A stretch of 64,000 bases of DNA from Lama glama. Lineage: Eukaryota. The stretch is taken from NCBI GenBank assembly GCA_028534125.1, contig CM052816.1, forward strand, positions 40,922,001-40,986,000, given 5' to 3'. A program made the position numbers and the translations under genes. Positions within the stretch are counted from its first letter, which is position 1. Each line of letters starts with the position of its first letter. This document shows, piece after piece, positions 55,154-64,000 of this stretch. The notes under the pieces are model-generated. The model was given only the letters and a program-made list of their open reading frames with translations. It made no database searches and was not told the origin of the DNA.

Positions 55154-56900
55154 CTGCAAATGTTTTTAAATTAAGCACTTAGGAGCCAACTTGGAGAAGG
55201 ATATTGTTTAATATTTAATTTTAAATAAAATCTTAAATTATTTGTATTGATTAGAACAAGAAGTCTATTTATCAAGTAACTGCCATTGTGCAAGATGAAA
55301 AAGTTGTATGTTGGTAACCTGTATATTCTTAAATCAAATTTTGGTTCATCCCTTGGAACAGGCAACCTGATTATTGTTTTCTTTATTTTGAAGGAATTGA
55401 GTTCTTCCTTATGTTGTTTACTATTATTTTACCAAAGTCTGCTGTGTATGAGTTGAACACAAGCAAGAGGCATCTGGAATATGCACGTAATTTCAGCTGG
55501 TATCAGAAAGCACATTTTCATTCTCACCCATACTTGATATTTAACAAAGTAATAAAAATATCTTATTTTAAGTTAGTTATTTTACACATTTATCATATGC
55601 AATAGTTGGACTTAGACACATTCAAGTGAAATTATGCCTTCTGATTTTACTTTTTCCAGTGAATTAAATGGTATTAATTCCCCAAATGCTAACAAAAGAT
55701 GATTTAATTGAAAACATAACTGAACCATAAAGTGCTAGATATCCCAATCAAAGTTATATTTGCTTTTTCGGAGAAAAGCTTTCCAAGGGATAGTTTTTCA
55801 GCTTTGGTTGATAGGAAGCAGAACTCTTTGTCAACTGCTTCCTTGGGACACAGGAGCAGTAAAATTTTCACTCTTCAGAAGCAACATAGAGGGTCCAGGG
55901 AAAGTGGGAAGTTCCTGGGCGCTTCAAAATCGTCACCAAGAAGGGAGGTCCATGGCTACCCGAACACTTATGGGAAGCACCATTCTAGTCTGGTCTGGTG
56001 GCCTTTTGTTTCTATTTTGTTTCATCATATTTTTTATCACTACCTCTCAGTTATTAAAATCATGTTAAATTTTTAACTGTATGCTTTGTCATTATGCCAC
56101 TTTTGGAAGGATTAACTTTTCTTGAAATACAATGTACATACAGAAAATTTTTACAAATCCTAAATCTTCACTTCTTAAATTTTTGGCAAGTCAACATATC
56201 CCAGTTACCATCTCACAGAGCAGTCATTTATTCATTCAACAGATAGCTGAGTGCCTACTAGGTACCTGGCGCTATGCTAAGTAATTGAGATGACACTAGT
56301 GTTGTAAGTAAGACATCCCAGCCTCCGACCTCACGGCATTTGTAATCCAGTTAAAGAGAGAGACCAAGACAAGTGAATGGGTTATTGCTGAGGGTAATAA
56401 ATAAGCAACAATCAGGGTCCTGTGATAAAGATTAACAGGTAAGATTTTAAATATTTGTGGTCAGAGAAGACAACACCTGCCTGTGAATGGAAAGAAAAGA
56501 GCAAGCACAAGTGTCCCTCAACTTTGAATACGCCCCTCCTTAACCATTCTGTGCCACCACACTGGTCCTCTCGGCTCCTTAATCACAGAAAGCGCAAGCA
56601 AGCTCGTGCCTGCTCCAAGATGTCACACTGGTTATTCCCTTTGCTGGGAAAGTTCCCTCCCCAGACACCTGCGTGGTTCAGTTTATTTACTTCCTTAGGG
56701 TTTTTAATAATTACTACCTACATAATAGTGGAACATTTTTTCTTAATTTATTTTCTAAAATTCCTACTGGTGAATTCCAGATTTTTATCTCTTAACTTCT
56801 ACACAATACTCTAATAAAAGGGCTCCATTATTCCACAGCTATAAACATGGTCACAATTCAGTAAAATTCATTATTTCATGGCAAGAAGGCTATAAATCAC

Positions 56901-57074
56901 CTGCTCTGGAATCATAAATTGTGGCTTGTAAATATGCAACAATGTCATCAATACCACTTCATTTTTAATATGGAAGAATGAACAAGACCCGATCAATTTA
57001 TGGTTGTTTTCATTCCCTAGGAGTTTACAAAAGACTTTTGGAAGATGCATCAACTTCTGCACCTCATCAGAGTA
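56901..57074 (-). pseudogene. Candidate exon e (174 nt, with probable 1-nt frameshift)
   Basis: Acceptor tgttttatttcctaaacag, donor CAG|gtgatt. Reads YSDEVQKLMHLPKVFCKLLGNENNHK, then after a 1-nt shift IDRVLFILPY*K*SGIDDIVAYLQATIYDSRA, ending in phase 1 to match exon f. Confidence 0.6.
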
Positions 57075-57744
57075 CTGTTTAGGAAATAAAACAAGTATGA
57101 TTAATAACTGATGAAAACCACCCTTGTCTCTTGAAACAGTTAATTTTGTTTCCAAAGCATCTTTTATTTAAAGCACTTTTTAAAAATGTCTTTTAGCATT
57201 GTAAAGGATAAAGAAAAAAGAGTTACCATTTTTTTTTAGGAAAAGAACCAGTATTTCAACTTCTGAACAAGTTTGAATTTGTTTAATTTCTTCAGAGACT
57301 CTAGTTCAAAATGTTTCCATAATATTTTAAGTTTAGAGGACTTTTTTGTTAAAGTCTTTACTCTCATAAGGAAAAGTCCCAAATGTGTTCTCTAATTTAC
57401 ATACTGAACTGTATATTCTTAACTGAAATTAAAAATACAGTTGGGAGAAATTTAATAAAATTCATTGCTAATTGATGGCACATTCAACAACTTTGGTCAA
57501 TTACAGCATGTATATTAAATTATTTCGTCCTGTTCTGAAATATTGACCTTCATAATGCAACATATTGTTATAATCGCAGGCTTGATTCTGGCTAATTTAA
57601 TCACCTGTATTTTGAAGAAAAGATGCTGGAATCAGCTATTAATAGGAAAAGGAAATTTAAAAGGTGCCTCTCTATCTTTTACTAAATTCCTATCATGGGC
57701 CCAAAATTATAGTAGGCAGTTTAAATATGCTACCTTATTTAATC

Positions 57745-58697
57745 ATGAAGAAGAAAAACTCTCCTTTTCCTCCCCTCAATTCTGCTCTCAACATTTCACT
57801 TCTAATTGTCAAATGTGTGTGATTTGTCCAGCACTGACCAAATTGCCAACATTTCTGGGTGTCTTACAATTCAATTTAATTTTGATATGATCTACCTGGA
57901 ATTAGCACAGACTCACAAGATTAAGATCTCAGTCTTGTAAGAGTGCCCCCTCCACTTCAGTTGCCAACCACAAATCCCGATTGTCACCTGTTAGTCAACC
58001 TGCTGACTGATTATAAACTAAACTCCCATGATTCCTCCGTAGGTTTGATAATTTTCTAGAGGAGCTCACAGAACTCAGGAAAACAGTTTACTGACTAGAC
58101 TGCCAGTTTATCATAAAAGGACACAACCCAGCAACATTAAGGAATCATATAGGGCAAGGTATGTGGAAAGGGACATGGACCTTCCATGTCCTCTCCAGGT
58201 GTGCCACCCTCCTGGCACCTCTAGGTGCTCATCAACCCAGAATCTCTCTAAACCTCAGAGTTCAGGGATTTTTATGGAGGCTTCATTACACGGGCATGAT
58301 TGATTAAACCGGTGGCCACTGGTGATTAATTTAGCCCCCATTCCATCTCCCATTTCTGGAGCTAAGGGGGTTGGGCCCAAAGTCCTCTAACCAAAGGTTG
58401 GTTCTTCTGGCAACCAGTCCTGATCTTGTGGTTATCTAGGGGCTTTTGAAAAAAAAAATCACCTCATTAATATAAACTTGGTTGTGGTTGAAAGAGCTTG
58501 TTATGACCAATAAGACATTCCTTTCACCTTATCACTCTGGAGCTATTTTAAGAACTGAGGACAAAAGACCAAATATTTTAACAAAAGATGTTCCCAGTAC
58601 TCTTATTACTTAAGAAATTACAAGAGTTTTAGAAGCAATGTGCCAGGAATGGGACAAAAACCAAGAAATACATTTATTATAAATCACGGTGCTACCA
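57745..58697 (-). mobile_element. MER21/MER34-group LTR
   Basis: ctgggtgtcttacaattcaattt, gctcacagaactcaggaaaacagtttac, gaccaaatattttaacaaaagatg...tgtgccaggaa. Confidence 0.7.
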
Positions 58698-59435
58698 TCT
58701 TAATCATGTCAAGATGAGGTATCTATTATCTTCATTTTTCAGGTGAGAAAACTGGCTACACTGAACTTAAGTTCTGTGGGAGGAGAATTCCAAAAAAGCC
58801 TATCTCTTTAAAAAAAAATCTTTCCATTGGGAAACATGGATACAGGACCACTGATTTAGTCTCATGTGAAAGAATTTTAATTTAGATAATCTCTTATTTT
58901 GTGTTATGTCAATTTCAGTTCAACATTTTATTGAATCAGTATTGCTCAAAAGTGAGGAAATTGAGTTAGTTTTGACACCAGAATAAACTTCCTTCCAAAA
59001 GCTAAAATTTTACAGTAAAATAACTTTTAAGTAGTTTGACTTCTAAGACAATTTCTGATTTAAAAAACAGTATTAGATAACATCAAAACTATTATGAGTA
59101 CCGGTTAACAAAATAAGGCTCTTTTCTGATGCTAATGCTGGGTCCGCCGAATACTGTGATCCACACAAAGTTTGTTTCTGGGACCTATAAGCACACATAG
59201 CTTCCGTCTTCTGGTCCCTATCATACTGCCCAAAATAATTTCACGTCTTGGTGCTTTTAGATAAACACACAGAACAGCATACTGTTTTCTGTGTAGTAAC
59301 CTTTCTCCTGGGTTGTGTCAAAGCAAAATTGTACCAGATGGAGTTAAACAGGCAAAGAAGACTTTATTCAAGATTTTGCAATAGGGGAGAGAGATCAAAC
59401 CCAGCCAGTAACCACAAATCTGATCTTTGATCCTT

Positions 59436-60424
59436 AATACTATGTTAATTACTGATGCACAAGATAGTGATTTGATATTTATGTACATTACAAAATGATC
59501 CCCATGATAGATCCAGTTACAGTCACCATACAAAGGTATTGCATTATTACTGCCTTTATCCCCCACTGTGTACATTTATCCACATGATTCATTTATTTTG
59601 TAACTAGAAGTTTGGACCTCAATCTGTCTCACCTATTTCACTTATCCCCACACCCTACTCCCCTGTGGCAACTACCTGTTTTTCCTCTGTATCTATGAAG
59701 GGTTAATAATCAAAGTATACAGAACTTATACAACTCAGAATCAAAAAGACAAAGAACCCAATTAAAAAGTGGACAGAGGACCTGATGAGACATTTTTCCG
59801 AAGAGGACATACAGATGGTGAACAGACACATGAAAAGATGCTCAACATCACTAATCATCAGGGAAATGCAAATCAAAACCAATGAGATATCACCTCACAG
59901 CTGTCAGATAGGCTATCATCAAAAAACCCCACAAACAACAAATATTGGTGAGGGTGTGGAGAAAAGGGAGCATTTAGATACTGTTGGTGGGAATGTAAAT
60001 TGGTATAGCCACTATGAAAACAGTATGGAGGTTCCTCAAGAAATTAAAAATAGAACTACCATACCATCCAGCAGTTCCACTCCTGGGTATTCCACCAAAG
60101 AGAACAAACACACTAATTTGAAAAGATATATGCACCACTATCTTCAATGTGGTGCATACACAATAGCCAAGATAAGGGGGCAATCTAAGTGTCCATCAAT
60201 AGATGAATGAATACAGAAAATATGGTATATATACACAGTGGAATATTACTCAGCCAAGAAAAATAATTAAATCTTGCCAGTTGTGACAACATAGAGGGAC
60301 CTAGAGGGTATTATGCTTAGTGAATTAAGTCAGAGAAAGACAAATACCACATAATTTCACTTATGTGTGGATATAAAAAGCAAATCAACAAACATAATAA
60401 AACAGAAACAGAAACAGAGTCATA
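59436..60424 (-). mobile_element. L1 insertion with 5' inversion
   Basis: Antisense 3' UTR at 59436-59697 abuts a sense ORF2-end/UTR segment at 59698-60424. Flanked by gatcctt repeats. Confidence 0.8.
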
Positions 60425-61641
60425 GATCCTTTTTTCCAACAAGGACAGAATGAGTAAGTTCTGCTTTAATGTTATTTTACATAATAGTTAGGTTATTATT
60501 TAACTATAAGTTAAAAGCTATCAATGTGTATGTGTCCATGTATTTATGTGAAAACCTGTTTATAAGTAAGACAGTAGCACAAATAAGTAACAGACAAGTG
60601 TAAGGCCAGATCATATCTTTGTCTCTAGTACACTAACATTAACTTTTCTCTACCTAGAGTGGCTTTCTTCTCAATTATTGGCCATGACTAATGTACACTC
60701 CACCTCTTTCTGTTTAGAACGGTCTTCCTTCACATACTCATAAGACACACTTCTCCACCTCTACCACGTCTATCTGAGCCTTGCCTTTTTGGGGGGATTC
60801 ACAGAGGCCAACCCATTTAAATTCCTGTGCTCTACCACCATCTGCTCCATCCCTTTAACACTGGTCAATTTTTTTTTTCTCTAACACTTATCACTTTCCA
60901 GTATTTTTTATAGCTTACTTTTTAAATTCTAATTTTTTCTCTAACTAGAATCTAAATTCTACTCCAGAACGAATGTTTTATCTCTCTTGTTAATTGATTT
61001 GTTTCCAGAAACTGTGCCTTGTCTGTGATATAGTGGGTGCTATATTTTTGAATGAATGGATAAATGAACGAATTATAGAACATCCTGTATGCCATGATTT
61101 AGGATGGTACCGCACACATCTATTTTCTTATTCTGTTGTAGTTAACACTCAGTCTACAGAAGAGATAGCTCCTATGTTGATATTGTTCCTGGATTAAGTT
61201 CTTAATACACTAACATTTACTCTGCATTGTTTTAAAAAATTTAGAAATTATGTATTTTTTCTAACTAAGGTATTTTTCTCCACTTGCCCATCACATATAA
61301 TAATGATAGACTAATGGAAGAATGAAGTGCAGGAGTCATCTTTTTGAACCAAGGAGGGGAGAAAAATCTATGAGCCAAGATAGGACATAATTAAACTAAA
61401 CAGTTAAAAAAATAGTCTGATTATCTTAAAGGCCAAAGAAAGACAAGCCCAGTAAAGACAGTTTCCTACAGCCAGAGATTCCTCTCAGACCATTGTAGAG
61501 CTTTATAAGAACTATTCATGAGAGGTAATTTGGCTTTTTAGAGCAATTCTTTTCTCATTTTCATTCTTTTATTTGATATATAATTATTCTTCATTATGGA
61601 TCTATGTATCAGATTATGGAAAAATTTAGAAATATATTTAC

Positions 61642-61706
61642 TTCTACTTCCGTTCTGGAGTAAGTTTCATCTCTTGTATCAACAGAGCCATCACTCCTGA
61701 GCAGGT
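61642..61706 (-). pseudogene. Candidate exon d (65 nt)
   Basis: Acceptor aaatgtttcag, donor GAA|gtaaat. Open phase 1->0 reading (H)LLRSDGSVDTRDETYSRTEVE. Confidence 0.45.
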
Positions 61707-61942
61707 CTGAAACATTTATTGATGGTTGGTGGAAGATATACATCTTCACTAATGAAGGCAATTAATCTATTACCACAGATGGCTTCACACTAAGTATCTC
61801 TCCTGCGCAGACAGCACCTTCTTTCTTGCCACATTTAAATCTTCACGACCTCATTTTTCATCCAGGGATGGTAATTTGTTAGCTACTGACTGCTTTAAGA
61901 ACCCATCTACCATCCACCCTCTCTATTAGGATTTATGCCTAC

Positions 61943-62344
61943 GTCTCCTCACTACACAGAGGACCGGCACACCAAGTGATGAGCTGTAAGCGCCACCCAT
62001 CAAACAGGTGACAGCCTCGACTCTGGAGCAACGTTTAAGAGGCGCTGAATTAACAACCTGATTCTTTACTCTTTGAAACATCATCCAACTGAGGGAAGAT
62101 GATTTTCCTTGCTTTGTGCATGTGAACTTTCTAATTAAAGAAACTTCTCTGATCGTTTCCCTCAAACAGATGGAGCTTGACTTTTCCAAGGAAAACTGCC
62201 ACTGATCTCTAGGAGATGGCAACTTTATACATTCTTTTCTCTGCTTGGTTTTTATCTGTCTCCAGTAATTGTGATTCTGATTTATCAGTTCCAACGCTCA
62301 AGCTATTAGCTGACCAAACTCAGCTCTCAGTGAAGCATATGGAG
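61943..62344 (-). pseudogene. Candidate exon c (402 nt)
   Basis: Acceptor tctctgacttag, donor GAC|gtaggc. Phase 1-1, 134 codons with a single TGA: APYASLRAEFGQLIA*ALELINQNHNYW...CLMGGAYSSSLGVPVLCVVRR. This frame is ORF-track entry 61926..62294. Confidence 0.5.
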
Positions 62345-62866
62345 CTAAGTCAGAGATTTTTGGGGTTTTTTAATGAAAAACAAAACATGTTGGAGCACAC
62401 TGAATGTGTACGCCCTCTATAAACAATGTGCCAAAATCATTCTTAATTAACATTTAGGTATATGTCAGGTTTGCCATTTCATTATCAAACCTAAAAATTC
62501 TTAGCATTTTAATAAATGCTCACAATTAACACAGGCTGAAAATAAAATGAAAGTGTTCTTGAGATAAATATTGAGATTTAATAAACTAATAAATGAAAAA
62601 TTTTTCAATTATATAGAACATATGTTATCTTGGTTAAATATCACAGAATTAAAATAGAGATTCATGCTTCAGAGCATGGGCTTTCAACAGAATATTTGGA
62701 ATCAAATTCTGGCTTTGTGACTCACTGGTTTGTGGTAATGGACAAGTTAATTAATCATATTATGCCTTGTTTTTCTCAAACCTCAGATGGGCATGGTGGA
62801 GGACAGCTGAAAATCCTCCATGTTCCAGAGTCAGGCAATTGCTTTGGAAACCACATGACAACTCAC

Positions 62867-63007
62867 CCTGAGTCACAGTATAAATGTCCAGCACTTGCAT
62901 GAGCCATGTGTTGAGATGGGTAAGGAACACAGCACACACTCTGTGAAGGTGGATATGAAGGCTGATATGTTAGCAAGAGGCTTTGAGCTTATGCATAATT
63001 GCAGATT
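62867..63007 (-). pseudogene. Candidate exon b (141 nt)
   Basis: Acceptor gtcttatgttcag, consensus donor AGG|gtgagt. Phase 1-1 reading SAIMHKLKASC*HISLHIHLHRVCAVFLTHLNTWLMQVLDIYTVTQ. Confidence 0.5.
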
Positions 63008-63287
63008 CTGAACATAAGACATCAACAATTACTTACATCTAGAAATGAGAGAAAGATATTTTGCTGATTTATTTGTGGAATTTTAAAAATGTACTGTCCT
63101 ACCATGAAACCTATAGCTTGTCTTACTAAGAGAATTAAGATGTCAGCCTATCATCAACAAAAAGCAAAGACAGATGGAGTAGGTCTTTGAAAACTGATTA
63201 TAATTTTTCTTCTTAAAAAGCAAGATGCATCATTGATACTGATGCTCATAGTTAACCAGGAAATCAGCCTGGACCCCAAGAGTTCAC

Positions 63288-63436
63288 CTGGGCAGTGCAC
63301 ACACTCCAGTCATGACTTCCCAGAATATGCATCATATTCGCTTCCTTTTACTTTCTGATGATCTGAGGCAGTGTTGGTATTTCCCTAAAGCTTCTTTCTC
63401 CAAGTTTTTCTATAGATTCTTTTTCTTCCAGTAATT
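63288..63436 (-). pseudogene. Candidate exon a (149 nt)
   Basis: Acceptor cttatgttcacttaag, donor CAG|gtgaac. Phase 2->1 reading ITGRKRIYRKTWRKKL*GNTNTASDHQKVKGSEYDAYSGKS*LECVHCP joins exon b. Confidence 0.35.
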
Positions 63437-63633
63437 CTTAAGTGAACATAAGTGGACGTAGCTTATATAAAGGATTTTATTCTTAAAGCCATAGGATTAA
63501 TACTTATATTTCACTCTAGGAGTTAGTGTGTGAGTTAAATAGGATGATACACATAACATGTTTAGCCCAGAGCCTGGCTTTTTGTGAGTAGTATACACAA
63601 GTTACCCATCATCACTGTCATTATTATGACCAT

Positions 63634-64000
63634 TGAGGCAGGAGGGAAGGGGGCAGGGCACAACCACTAAAAGAATGACACAGCAATTAACACCAAGATG
63701 GTGGAAGATTCATCTCCCAGGAGACCCTGAGATTCAATATACGCTCACTGAAATATAATAGCATGCTAAATGGCACTCCCAAAGGTGCCATGACAGTTTC
63801 AAGCTGGCCATAAAAGGTCAGAAAGTAGGTGATGGCCCAGTTCCTGGGAATCCCAGCCCCTTCCCCAAAGTAGTTGGAATAATCCTCCCACTTGTTAGCA
63901 TATGAAGTGACCGAGCCCATAAAAACTAACAACCCCCACACCTCGTGGCCAGTCTCACTTTCCCTTTCCTATACGACCCCAAGCTCTGAGGCCACTCTCC
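63634..64000 (+). mobile_element. ERV1-class LTR (runs off the window)
   Basis: Start tgaggcaggagggaagggggcagggcacaaccac and atggtggaagattca, ttcctgggaatc..agcccctt match 53583-54199. Confidence 0.8.

Larger units (their letters stand above)
41477..63436 (-). pseudogene. Candidate multi-exon unprocessed pseudogene of unidentified protein (~15 exon-like blocks; probably continues beyond the window end)
   Basis: Unique-sequence blocks lie between repeats, all on the minus strand, each flanked by a pyrimidine-rich AG acceptor and (except the last) a GT donor. Phases chain correctly across the first seven blocks given one 1-nt frameshift. The spliced translation is protein-like but has premature stops. 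No homology search was possible. Confidence 0.6.

Noticed and set aside
59102..59184. Possible extra minus-strand exon (VPETNFVWITVFGGPSISIRKEPYFVN)
   Set aside because: Its 83 nt would break the phase 0-0 junction between exons d and e, and the donor (gtactc) is weak.
63037..63110. Possible exon with a perfect gtaagt donor
   Set aside because: The acceptor is weak and it would leave only ~29 nt of intron before exon b.
41477..63436. Assigning a gene name to the exon chain
   Set aside because: Comparison from memory with several large uncharacterised or ciliary proteins gave no convincing colinear match. A loose impression of CCDC162-like short motifs could not be verified, so no symbol is given.

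Overview
This is AT-rich, repeat-dense mammalian genomic DNA. It is most likely cetartiodactyl and probably camelid, inferred from the L1 3' UTR types and the absence of Alu, BovB/Bov-tA and PRE-1 elements. I see no intact protein-coding gene, RNA gene or CpG island, and most ORF-track entries are L1/ERV debris or noise. The window holds many L1 fragments (two with twin-priming 5' inversions, one spanning a 500-N gap), L2, MIR and CR1 relics, MLT1 LTRs, several ERV solo LTRs with TSDs, and a MER45A. There is also a heavily decayed class III (ERVL-type) gag-pol provirus on the minus strand at ~25.5-29.7 kb. The main unexplained signal is a chain of ~15 non-repetitive blocks on the minus strand (~41.5-63.4 kb), bounded by AG/GT splice signals with largely compatible phases. 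They splice into a long protein-like sequence carrying scattered stops, a frameshift and a 35-bp exonic duplication. I interpret this as a candidate unprocessed (possibly unitary) pseudogene that I could not name. Repeat family names come from recognition of consensus motifs, not from a database search.
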